From Auanema rhodensis (Eukaryota > Animalia > Nematoda): a stretch of DNA of 64,000 nt. The number at the start of each line of letters is the position of its first letter. The stretch's first letter is position 1. The position numbers were made by a program, and so were the translations under genes. Where the stretch lies: positions 18,166,001 to 18,230,000 of the forward strand of contig OZ059896.1 of assembly GCA_964057225.1 (NCBI GenBank). The letters are read 5' to 3'. The notes beneath the pieces were generated by a model. It did not search any database. It was not told the DNA's origin and saw nothing but the letters and a program-made list of their open reading frames with translations. This document shows positions 1 to 12,500 of this stretch, piece by piece.

Positions 1-27
1 TGGATAAAAGAAATACAAAAGACAGAC

Positions 28-374
28 CGACGAATGTGAATGGTCATTCATTTGACTAGGCCTAGTGGTCTGGAAGAGATGAACCGAAAGAAATACAAGA
101 CGAGATACCTCAACAAGCTGTGAAAACAAGATGAAATATTACGAAGCAATGAAAAAATTAAGAAATCAAAGAGAAGAACTGTCTATGAGGGGTTGTAAGA
201 AGAAAAATGAAAAATTCTGGAACTATTGATGAACTCATTGCCACTAAATGCACTACAAGCAAGAGAAGAAGAGACAACACACAACAGATACACACGGACA
301 CAGACTCCTTGATGATGCTGTTGCTTGTGATGATGATGGTGATGACGATGATGATGACGGTGCGCATATAACAT
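28..374 (-). CDS. 5' part of an unknown gene with a poly-His N-terminus; continues off the left edge
   Basis: Three phase-0 exons join in frame through GT..AG introns: 374-306 (MLYAHRHHHRHHHHHHKQQHHQG), 117-109 (LVE) and 69-28 (TTRPSQMNDHSHSS). Two of the donors are the same hexamer, GTCTGT. Confidence 0.45.
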
Positions 375-1093
375 GCCCTTAATAGGTAAAAGCACAAAAC
401 ACTTTCGACCAATGTCCTCCTGCGTTTTCTGTATGTCCTGTATTCTGTCTTCTCTCTTAACCTCCTACTATTACTCTTCATTTCTTTTCTGTCACTTTTT
501 GAATAGCGTAACTTACATTTCGAAAAACAAAAACAGAAACAAACGGCGAATGTGTCTCTTCTTTCTCTTCTTCTTCTCCGTGGTTGTCGCTTTGACGATA
601 TACAAGGCCAGCCCAAAACAGGAACCAAGTGTTGTGTTAATTACCAAGAATCCAATGACCGCTTGCCATCTCGAACTAAAACTTTTTCTTGTCATTTTTC
701 TTTTTCTTGAGACTGCTTTTCTTCAAAACATTCTTAATACTTATATGACATATTCATAGAAAACACAAACACAAGAAACATAAGTAGCCATCAAGGAACT
801 ACGAAACAACATTAAAAGTGTCTATAAGGGCATTATAATTGATGACTTGGAATTCAAAAACGTATACTTATACTATTCATCCAATCATTTTTTCTGTATA
901 TATGTTGTTAAAAATGTAATTTCCTTATAATATTTATAGAAAAAACGATTATAAACTACATACAACATCATAGCCCGTTCTCACTGATTTCTTTTACATT
1001 TAGTATCTACAATTGCAAAGAGATCTTACTCTTCACCGGTAAATACAAGCCAACTTTTGAATTTCAGACAATTTAGTAGGTTTGGTAAGAAAA

Positions 1094-2756
1094 TTATTTT
1101 ACAACCAAGTTAGGATGTTCGTTCATAATCAACTCCGAGACCCTGTTTATCTGCTGGCAAAGACCCAAAATCTGTTCGTCCCACTGTCGCAAAGAGTCAC
1201 ACTCTACAAGAAAGGAATTGGAAAAACAAATAATAAGAAAATATTACTAGCGAAATGTAAAAATCCCTCAATTTGATCAATACTACCAGGTAGTCGATTA
1301 GTTGAAATCATCTGAACAGCGATTTCTTCAGCCTGTAAGCTACATTTGAAGAAAACATAGACAATTCTTAGAACGTACTCTTTCTGGAGTGATTCCTAAT
1401 AATTCACCAAGTGTGGTCATTGATATGTTTAGATATAGACGGGAAACAGCAGACATATTATGCTCCAGAATTACTTTACGAACAATAGAATCACCTTTTT
1501 CATCTTCAAGTTGGTGAGATGCAAGGCTTCTTTCTAATTCTTCTAACTAAATAATAAAAACGTACAAATGAATATACTTGTTACAGTTTACCTCTACATT
1601 TTTGATCAATCGGTCCAGAAATAATTTTCTCAGCAATTCAAATTGGGGAAGAGCAGCAGAACGTTCATCTTTATACAAAGTGCTTAGCATACGTGTTCTT
1701 TGAGCACCTCAAGTTCAATAATAAAAAACATCAATAATAATAATAAATACCTGGACTTGCAAGTATTGTGCAAGTGATTGCCTTTCCTAGAGACTCAATA
1801 CAGTCACTTGTACCAATAGAAGTAATTAGGGAACACTCAAAGTAACGTTGAGCGGCTTCAACAAACTTTCTCTTCATATCTAACAATTGCGCATAGATGA
1901 CCTTAAATAGCAAATTTAGAAAGAAAAAAAATAATCACAAATTAAATTAGAGCTTATCTGTAAATGAAAGCATTATATATTTTATTTTTAAAGCTATTTT
2001 TATGAAGAAAAGGAAAATACTAGCCTTCAAATGTACACATGTTCCCTCTGATTTATCATCTTGCATCATACTAGCTTTATTGATGTATGTTTCAGCTTCA
2101 TTTACTTGTCCAACAGTTAGAAGAAATCTTCCGATACGGAGTAACAAATTCATTCGGTCAGCCGGTGACAAAAGTCTTAAAAACTATATTTCTTATACAA
2201 TTTTTATTTCTAACCTGTTACTGGCTTCCGTGGAAATTCCTATTAAAGCATGAGCAGCACCTAATAGATCGTTCTCCTTTTCCAATATATCAGCCAATTT
2301 CATACGAAGAATACATGTCTAGAGATTTAATATTATAATATATTTAATGTTAATATCACCTGCTCTTCATAAGAGATAGATCTGCTTTGGAGAATTTCCA
2401 ACAGCTGTTGCACAATGCCTTTTGTAACTGACCAATCAAGAGCAGATGAGTCGAGACGACTATTAACAGCAGATATAAATTGACGAGATACAACCATACT
2501 ACCAGCTTCCAAATTCACAACTATATATGAATAATTAATTAAAGAATGCATGAATATCAAATACCAGCTTGAACCAGCTTAAGCAAATTCATACTATTTA
2601 CTTCATTAGAAGTAGGAAATGCATTGTCAAGAAGAACGGACAAGCTAAACATATAACTATTCTTTATTCAAAAATAAAATCAAACCTCTCTAGCTGAGCC
2701 TTATGATCGGATTCTCGTTTGAATATACCAGCCACTTCCTCATCAAATTTTTGCAT
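1094..2756 (-). CDS. csn-4: COP9 signalosome subunit 4
   Basis: Spliced product includes SRSISYEEQV, VIYAQLLDMKRKFVEAAQRY, CTILASPG, RMLSTLYKDERS and a PCI-domain end (RQWDEQILGLCQQINRVSELI). ATG 2756, TAA 1094. Confidence 0.93.
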
Positions 2757-3024
2757 TCTGTTTAGTAATTTGTGTGTTAACTATTCCAACAATTAGCAGT
2801 TTACCAGATAATCACTGATTTCAACAACTTATTTCACTTTCGATGTTACGCAAAAAAAAATTTATGTAAAACAATAACAAGCGAGAAAACAAGCAACAAT
2901 GACTTGAATATAAAGTAAAACACGCGAGATACTAATGATTTTGCCAGAAAAAAACTTGGCTGAGAGCAATACAGCAAAGCTATAAACTTCAAACACGGTA
3001 ATATAGTGTACAAAATCAAAATGC

Positions 3025-5292
3025 TTAGGCCATTCCGTCGTCATCAATATCGTCTTGTCCCTTAGGAGCTCTTGGTTTAGGTCCTCCGGTTGCTTGCTTA
3101 GCCATAATGATCTTAAAGACAATGTATCTCCTGATAACATATATGAAAACATACCTGATCAACCTTCAAAATAGTAGATGCGGCATCAGTAGCCAACTTT
3201 ATGGCAAGATTCTTTCCAGCGAATAGATCGAAAATGTTGTTACTAGCAGCATCCATGACCTCTGGACAGTGAACAATAAGACATCAATATATGGGTATTC
3301 AACGAACCGTGCTTCCAGATATCAATACCAGCATTAGATTGACCATTCTCATGAGCAGCGTAGAGCTTAGTAAGAATATCAGTAGCATTCATACCAGCAT
3401 TCTCAGCCAAGCACTTTGGTAATGTTTCAAGAGCATAAGCAAACTTCTTGATGGCATACTGCTCCAGTCCTGAGCATTTTCCTCCCCATGATTCAATTTG
3501 ACGAGCGAGCTCGACTTCAACAGCGCCAGCGCCAGCAAGGAGCTAGAAACACTTGGAATATTGGCAAAATAACAAGAACAAATATTACTCTTCCTTCCTT
3601 AGTAAGAGCCTTGTAGGTGTTAATAGCGTCATCGACAGCTCTCTCAACATCATCAATACGAGATTGAGAAGAACCACGGATAACAATTGTGGCAACATTT
3701 CCCTTCTCACCCTAGAAATGTCAAATAGCATTAAAGTAGAATAAACGCTTACAGATCTGGTGAAAACAGTAACGTTTTCGTCTCCAATTTCTTTGACAGT
3801 AACAGAATCGCATTGACCAAGAAGGTTAACTGCAGGAGCGCACTAAAAATCAATTTAATTCGTATACTTTATTCATAAATAAACTTACAATTCTGGCTTG
3901 GGCTTGAGCGCCAACGGTACGACAGAGTCTTCTTAAGTCGAATTTAGATGTTAATCTTCAATTACACGTTTAGGAAAGTATACTTGTAAACCTTTATACC
4001 TAACAGCCATAATCTTGTACTTATTTAAGAAATGAAGGTAGAGATCACCGAATTTTCCAGCAGCAACAACTACTTGGACCCCGCTTTCAGCCAAAGCCTT
4101 GACTTGGGCTTCTACTTCACCTTCTTCTCCCTTTGAGAAGTTAAGAAGCTCTGTAGCATTTTCGATGAGAACGGTTCCCTGAAATATAATGCTCGTTAAG
4201 ATTACAAAGAAAAATTAAACCTTGGTTTCGGTCTGAGTAAGATCGAATGGGCAAGTATAAACAGCAATTCTGGCATTGCTAGCGCTCTTAATTTCTCCTT
4301 CAGCTCCTCTCTTGAAAACCATTCCGTTCATAACCTGTATAGCAGTTATATTCCGAAGCAATAATAATACTCAAACCTCTGACTTTCCAACGCCAGATCC
4401 CAAGATCTTACAAATTCTGATGTTATCAACATTGAAGTTAAAATTGTTAGCAGGGACAGTTTGAACTTAATTGAACAATGATAAAAATAATAATGAAATA
4501 ATTCAAAATTACCACAAGCTCGAGCAACAAGATCAGCAATAATCTCTTCATTGTCATATTGCTTAGATGTAATAGCGGAACGGAGCAACCTGCTGACCTG
4601 AGAAATTCATTTTCACAAAAATAACAAACTTTATGATACCTCATTAATATCCTTAAGGTCTTTAGCATCCTTAACAACTAAGGTTGGAAGAATTTCAAGA
4701 GCTTTCTCAGCCGCTTGCTCATATCCGGCAGCAACTTCTTGGGGGGTCAAACCCTTTAATCTTTGCGATAACATTGAAATAAAGACAAAAATTTACCATA
4801 TTGATGAGTTGAGAAGCATGTTCTAACAAAGCAGCAGATAAGATAACTACAGTATTGGTGTTATCTCCAACCTGACAACACAGAAAATCAAAAGCCAATC
4901 CAAAAGGTTATTTACCTGTTTCTCTTGCATTTCACTAGCCATAATGATAATTTTAGCAGCAGGGTGTTGAATATCCAATTCTCTGAGAATAGTAGCAGCA
5001 TCATTAGTAACGAATAATTTCTCAATATGGTTAATAACCATCTTGTTCATGCCTCAAATTACGGATTTCAAGAAAAACTTCTTAGAACAATTTACCATTT
5101 GGTCCATATGCAGATTTAATTTGAGAAGCCAATTCAACACAGGCATCGATGTTTCTAACTACGGCTTCATCAGTTCCCTTGAAGTGCTTAAACAAATCGA
5201 ATAATATAAATCTCTTCAAATAACCTAAAACAAACCTGAGCACCTTCTTTCATAAAGCGATTGTATCCGGATTTGGGTATGTTCATCGCCAT
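3025..5292 (-). CDS. cct-8: T-complex protein 1 subunit theta (CCT8)
   Basis: Starts MAMNIPKSGYNRFMKEGAQ; contains GPNGMNKMVINHIEKLFVTNDAATILREL and GDNTNT; ends IIMAKQATGGPKPRAPKGQDDIDDDGMA*. Confidence 0.97.
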
Positions 5293-5683
5293 TTTGCTAA
5301 AAAATATAACAAATGAATTTAAAAAAAAAAATTAAAATTAATCTATCTACTCTTATTCGAGAACTGGAAGTCTTCGAATATTCCAGCCCTCATTCATTAT
5401 GTTTCACGAAAATGGTCCCACAACGCGCAGTGTAAAATGGCTATTGGTCTTGAGAGGAGCTCTATTGCCAAAAGGCGCCAAAGAACTTTTAAATGAAATT
5501 TTATTCGATCAAAACATATTTTTCAATATATTAATGATATTTGCATTAATTTTGACCTGAAGGTATATTTACTGCTTTGTATTGGGTTTGGATAATATTA
5601 TCATATTTTCACAGCCTAATTAGTTGCCATATACTACTAAGTTAAGCTTTAAATATCGATTTCAGGTTTAAGAAGCTTTCTCG
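5293..5683. promoter_or_regulatory. Bidirectional promoter shared by cct-8 and mes-6
   Basis: 391 bp between divergent ATGs. Contains partial nGAAn/nTTCn arrays (about 5355-5385) resembling an HSF site upstream of the chaperonin. Confidence 0.55.
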
Positions 5684-7715
5684 ATGAGTTCAGAAGGGGA
5701 AAGTGATCTCGTGACTTCAGACGATATTGAGGTACCGGGACCTCGGGGAACAAGTGTTCCTGATTTTGTTGATAATCAACTTGCTAGAAAATGTGTTAGG
5801 AATTTTCCTCTTGGAAAACCTATAAATGATGAGACAGGCCTGGAACTTGATACTGTTGTTTCTGTAGAAATTCAAAATGACCAGCGCGTTGTCACTCTTT
5901 CAGGCGGAGAAAATTTGATTGAACCTAAAAGAACACATACGGAAAATACTGGTTTGCATGAAATATCCAATTTTGCTCAAGTTCTTACTTCAGGCCAGGC
6001 TGAGGTCGATGTACTTTATAATGCTATGTTGGAAAATGATAATTTGAAAACACCCTTTACTGTAACTAACACTATTCATGTAAGCTTACTGAGGAGATAT
6101 AGTTAAATAAATATGTATTTTTTTAGGAAACTGCTCATAAGCAACCTATTTATGCTGCTGCTTTTAATCATTATCAAAGAGGAAACAGAGCTCAGTTAGC
6201 AACTGCCGCTAGAGACATGGTAAACATAATAACATGAAAAAATTTTACTAACAAATTATACAGATAAGTGTATATGATTGTCCTCTAGAAACGAATGATT
6301 TAACATTGGTTCGATGCTTTGTGGATGACAACGTACGTTTTTGGTCACTTAAATTCATTTTTTTTTCATTTATATACTTAGTGTGATGAATCATATTTTA
6401 CTATAACATGGTGTTATGATATAGTTGCTCACCGATGCGTTTTAGTAGCGGCTGGAAATAGTGCATTTATAAAAGTTATAGACCCTGCTAATGGAGAACT
6501 TTTACAGGTACCTTCTTAAAAGTTATTCTTTAATATTTAAATCTAAAGGAGATGTGGGGTCATGGCGATGTTGTTAATGAACTAAGAACTGATCCAAGTA
6601 ACTCTATGCTTTTCGCGTCTGTTTCAAAAGATACTACAATTCGAATTTGGAATATTAGAACATCTCTTTGTCTAGTGGTTTTCGGCGGCATCGAAGGTCA
6701 TCTAGACCAAGTTCTTTCATGTGTTTGTGCTTTCCCCCTCTTCTTTTTTTATCATATATTTTTTCAGGATTGGTCACCTGATAGTAAATTCTTAGTTTCA
6801 TGTGGAATGGACCACTCTGTTCGTATGTGGCACATAAATCCAGAAGCAAGAAAATTAATCGATTATAGTATGACTCCACATGGTGAAGCTGAATTGCTTG
6901 AATTCACTCCTGGGTATAAATTCGAATTTTGAGTGTATCATTGAAGGTGTATTTATAATATAGAACGGGAGAAAATTTACCGACTAAGCATATTCACTAT
7001 CCTAATGCATGGACCACTGATCTTCACTGTGACTATGTAGACTGTGTAAGATTTGTCGGTTGGCACCTAGTTTCGAAGGTAATGAATATCCTTATATCAT
7101 CTTGGAATAATCTTTTAGGGGTCAGAGCGGGCAGCAAATTTGTACAGATTTGGGCATTTTGATGAGCCTTTTGATCAAGTCTTCAGAATAAAAGTAGCCG
7201 GTTAATTCAGATGTTTTTTATTATCAGAATTTTAAGGCTGATAGTGCTTGTACAAGGATAGCACAATTGAATCTTCCCGAATGTGACGTTTGGTTTCTTA
7301 AATTTGACGTAGATCCCGTTGGCAGAGTATGTCGTGCTTCTATTACCAATATGATTATTCTATTTCAGTGGGTCGTTTTTGGTTCAAAGTCTGGAGAGCT
7401 ATACTTCTTTAATATGCGCGACAGAGATTTTCCAGAGGGAGATCCGTAAGTTTTCTATATTAAATATTGCTGCAAACAACTATTCATTTCTAGTGATTTT
7501 TCAATCAAAGTTTCAAGTGCTCCTATACGCCAAGTTTGTTTTGGTGCCAATGGTAGATTACTCGTTGCTGTGACTGATGACTATTCAGTAATTAAACTTG
7601 AAAGAAATTTCAGAGTATGTTAATACCATTTAACTAATTATGTATTTTTGAATTACAGGCTGAACAACGCTCCAAACGATTAAAGCTTCAACAAAATCGA
7701 GATCGTGACGCTTAG
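5684..7715 (+). CDS. mes-6: Polycomb PRC2 WD40 subunit EED/ESC
   Basis: Motifs GHGDVVNELR, ASVSKDTTIRIWNI, FGGIEGHLDQVLS, VSCGMDHSVRMW, DLHCDYVDCVRF and CDVWFLKF match EED/ESC. Stop TAG at 7713-7715. Confidence 0.93.
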
Positions 7716-7838
7716 GTGATTTATGTTTGTGAATATACGTGTAAATAATAATTTATATAACGTTTTTTTGATATGTGGTTATGTTTTTTCCTTTTCTATA
7801 TCTTCATTGTGTTCTTTTTAAATGAATTTTTATTTCAG

Positions 7839-8150
7839 ATGCCCCCTTTTTCGCAGTTGGAAGTTGTAGAATATTGCTTCCTTGGTACGGAATCCATATA
7901 AATATATATATATATAAATAAGGTTGTATCTTAAGTTCGTATTGCAACCAATGATCAATCTGTGCCACCTCTGACATATATGCGTTGTAAGATTAGAAAA
8001 GGGGATGTGGAAGAAATTAAAACTTTCCCTATGATGCGTACTAAATATCCAGAATTCCTCGAGGTATTATTGGCTTCCCATCTATGTTATGTATAAATTG
8101 TTTTCATTAAGGATCCGGCAGGCTACCTCAAAAAGTATAAACTAGTCTAG
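7839..8150 (+). CDS. 70-aa microprotein with possible chromo-shadow-like fold
   Basis: TTTCAG immediately before the ATG. Exons 7839-7884, 7936-8063 and 8112-8150 splice GT-AG in frame to MPPFSQLEVVEYCFLVRIATNDQSVPPLTYMRCKIRKGDVEEIKTFPMMRTKYPEFLEDPAGYLKKYKLV*. Confidence 0.75.
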
Positions 8151-8409
8151 TTCTTAAAAAAAGATCTCCAACACCTACTTATTCATTATGTGCTTTTCTG
8201 TTAATCCGGTACTAATTTCTTCTTTGTTATATTGTAGTTTGGACTTTGTATTTTTTTTTATTTGGGTCCTGTCTGTTGTTTGAATTTTTTAGAATGGTAT
8301 TGATGGAAAGAAGTTACCATGTTGTTTAATTGGTGTTTTCCACTTTTTACCTGCTTTATCTTCTTTTTTTTTGAATATTCAGTTTTGTTGCAATTGTTAA
8401 TCGTTCAAG

Positions 8410-8783
8410 ATGACAACCGGATCCAACGAATTTTACTATTCTGCTAAATATGAAGATGATGAATTTGAGTACCGACATGTTCACGTTACTAAGGTATTTT
8501 ATAATTTGTATTATGTAGTATTCTTATTGCCTTTAAGGATGTTGCTAAGCAAATCCCAAAAAATCGCCTAATGTCAGAGTCAGAGTGGAGAAGCTTGGGA
8601 ATTCAGCAGGTGTTATTCTAATAAGCCTATGTTTTCTTATTCAGTATTCTTCAGTCCCAAGGATGGGTTCATTACATGATTCATGGACCAGAACGCCATA
8701 TTATTCTGTTTCGTCGCCCTCTTCCGAAGAAACCGACGTCTGCTGCTGAAGGAAATTTGAAAACTATTCCACCTTGTGCATAA
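8410..8783 (+). CDS. cks-1: CDK regulatory subunit CKS, copy A
   Basis: [55 protein letters not shown]; three exons. Confidence 0.95.
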
Positions 8784-9002
8784 TCAAAGACGGTATTATG
8801 TATCCGTATTTTACTGTCCGATACTCAATGAATGCTAACTGGTATTTCTGGGATTATTTGTTTCTTAATACTAACTGTGTACATAAAACATGGGCTTAAT
8901 ATGGATTTCTCTTATGCTTGGGTTTCATTCCCCTTTTTGTTTATTATTATTTTGCCTGTCACTTTTGGCTTGACAGATGCGGTTTTAATTGTTCGGTTTA
9001 AG

Positions 9003-9376
9003 ATGAGTGCCAACGACTTTTACTATTCTGCTAAGTACGAAGACGATGAATTTGAGTATCGTCATGTTCATGTTACCAAGGTGATATCTACTCTCATCAC
9101 TACTATATGATGGATCCTTTTAGGAGGTAGCTAAGTTGATCCCAAAGAATAGACTCATGTCAGAGTCAGAGTGGAGAAGTTTGGGTATTCAACAGGTACA
9201 ATAGAAAAAAACCATGAAAAAGCGGGCTATTCACCTAATATTTTTAGTCTCCTGGCTGGATACATTATATGATCCATTCTCCAGAAAGACATGTCCTCCT
9301 GTTTCGACGCCCTCTGCCTAACGCTCAGATTCCCGACAAGAAGAGAGGAAAACAGACAATCTCTAACTGTGCATAG
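9003..9376 (+). CDS. cks-1: CDK regulatory subunit CKS, copy B (tandem paralog)
   Basis: Same three-exon structure and motifs as copy A ([20 protein letters not shown]), with a different C-terminal tail. Confidence 0.95.
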
Positions 9377-9559
9377 GTTATTAATAGCTTTACTCAATTT
9401 TATCCGTTTTACAAGTTATAATTTTATTCATGTACATTTTTCTTACATTTTTGATTATCTTCTGATAACAAATTGAGATATGATTTACTATAAATAAAGT
9501 TTAAGGCTTTCACAAACTCCGTAAAAAAAATCAACGACTAGATTTATGAGCTAGATATT

Positions 9560-12500
9560 TCAATTTTGTTTATTTTGTGATTGACCCTCTGATGGTCCAA
9601 ATATGGTTTTCAGTTGTTCCCATGCACGTTTTTCTTCTTGCCTGTCTCTTCTCATCACCGTTTGCTGATGTTCATCGTCCTCTGAAAGGAGAGACGACCG
9701 ACTGCTTACTCCTTCCGCTCCACTATGAATTGAGTCATTGTGAATTCCAGCCATCAATTCGCTTCTAAAATGTATAAGTTGAGATTTGATTATTATTAAA
9801 TGAACAATTAGAACAGAAAACATAATAACATAAAGTCTATAATCTAGTTTGGCTTAAGATCTTCTGTGTACGTACGTGTTAAGAGCGACTCAGACAATTT
9901 AAAATTTAGTAAGACTGATCTGTCTTTTTATAAATGCTTTTAGTTTAGGACAGTTAGTGACGGAAGTACAAGAGCATGCCATATTAATTGCAACCCTGTT
10001 TCCTACATACAGCCATGCTACACACAGTGTCGGACCTACTGAGCTTCCGATACCTAGACGTATTCCTGTATGAACTTCTGACGCGCACAGTACTAAAGAA
10101 AGCTTAGGCATATCAAACCAAAATAACCAAAAAATAAATCTCAGAACTTAGAAATATCATATGTCATTCATGTAAATCCTACCTTCCGTTAGTACTGGAG
10201 TGTCGACTCAATGATACCGAAGGAGGCTCTAAAAGGTTTTCAGTACTACCCCTACGACTGCTTCCTATGCGGGATTCAGTGCTGTCAGCATCAGATGCAT
10301 CCTCGGCTTGATCGTTGTCATTTTCATTGAAGCATACGGACGGCGCATTTGAAGACTGATCGATATCAATATCACCCTCTGTTTCAACTGAAATAGTAAG
10401 GTATATAAGTTTATACCTACAAAAACAAGCATTGTTTACCAAGATCCATTCCCGATAAGCTTTCCATTAGCCATTTATGATCCGAATTCAGCTCATTTGC
10501 CATAACAACAGATCTTAAATAAAGGTGTGAATTTAAAATGAACTGTAGCTTTCTCACCTCCTCTTTTGCTCAGCTATGTTTGAACTGCAGACCATTGTCG
10601 CTTTAGGCGTTATATCATTCAAGTAATCATTGAGATCGCCGTCTTCGCCTTCTTCATCCTCTTCTTGCAAAGTCATAGCTTTTTTCTAAAAAACAAAAAC
10701 TAAAAAACTAAAGAAATTATTTTTTTGACTTTATCTGTTTTTATTCCTGGTACATTAGCACCAAAAGCTTTGAGGGTTTCAATTAAAAGGCGAATCATTG
10801 TCCAATCTCCAAGGGTGATCTGTGATAATATCCATGAGCACAGTCACATCTTTAAAACAATGAAATACCGCTAAAGCTTCTCTGACATCAGTCAAATTGC
10901 AAGTGGTCAACACAAGCCCGCTAAGGTTTAGTTCATAGAACTTCGAGAGAATCATGTCAAGCCGTCCTTTAGCAATATCTAAAAGTTTTAAAAGGCGGCA
11001 TATATCTTCAACAGACATCTCAACCAATGGTATGGAAACTGTCGACCATGTTTTTTCATCCTCAAAATTTTAAAATATCTATTGAAATAAAAGATAAACA
11101 ACTCTGAAAAGATGTTGGGCATTAGGAGGTAACACTATGAGTCCGAAGCCCATGTCAGCAACAGGATCAATCTGACCTTGTCTTTTATCTAAAGCAATGT
11201 AATACAATCATATTAATTAAAGAGCGTTACCTTTAATAAGCTTTCTTAAATAAGGATCTAAGTTACTTGTACATGGTACAAATTTTTTGATATGTCCAAC
11301 ACTGAGTTGTTCAGAATATGGAATAGCTGACGAGGTAAGGAATGCCTAAATTACAAAAACTATTAGAAATATGTAGAATCCAAATTACTTCAAAGTTGTT
11401 TGAGTTTCTATCAATTTCAATAAGTGGATCCTTCCGAGGAATTGTATCTTTAAGTTGCATATAAATCTATAAACGATTATGTTTTCAAAGGTCGATTAAA
11501 ACTGTAGAACCTCTGCTAAAGTGACATTGTTATTTGATATATCTAAAGCTCTATCAATGAGCCAACACATGCGTGCTGGCCATTGTTCCAACAAAGAAAT
11601 CCAATGACCCAAAGAAAGCCAGGAAAATTCTATTTCGAAAGCTCTCATCAAGCGCCCTGATAAGGTTAAAGAGTTGACAATCCGTCTGATGGATCTTGGA
11701 TTCATATTGGAAAAATAGTCATCAGTCAATGTTTCTCCAATATTTTTAGATGGATTAACAACAGTTTGCTAAAAAAAATTTGTGAGCATTCATTAATATA
11801 AATAAAATATTCACCTTTCTACTTTGTCGGCCATCAGCTTCGCGAAGAGAAAGGTGAGAACCATGAAATGTTTCTTGTCTACGGAATCGTTCTTTCCACT
11901 CAGCCATTGATTCACGTTTATCCTTAACAAGATAATCTGAATAAAGATACTGAGAAATAGTAAAACCTTTAGAGTCCTTTGTAGTTGACGTAATGCCGTA
12001 TTATGTAAGAAAAATGGCATATTGATGATATTCTTTAGATAATCATAACCAGTTAATTCGGTTCCTGGAAAGTAATTATATAGTAAGATACTATATTTAT
12101 ATTTATATTACCAGCAAGGGCGGATTGCATGCTATGATTAATAGCTGAAATAATAATATGTGGATCGACCGCAATAATTGAGATTATTGGTCGATCTTGT
12201 CTAGCCGAGAATAACAGTTCAATCGCATCTAATGTTTGCACCATGCGTTCCTAGTATACAACGTTAAAACTCAAAACGATTCTTATAACAAACCTGTTCA
12301 CAATTATCTAAACCATCTACTATCACAACTAATCTTGTTTGACTCTGAGTGAATGCATCTAAAGAACGAACCATTTCTGCTAACAGATCAACCTAAAACA
12401 CAATTTGATATTTTTGTTATTATATATTGATAAATACCTCATTTTGCAAATTTTGCATCAAACCTTCTAGTTTCAAAGTACTAACAACTTGAGAAGATTT

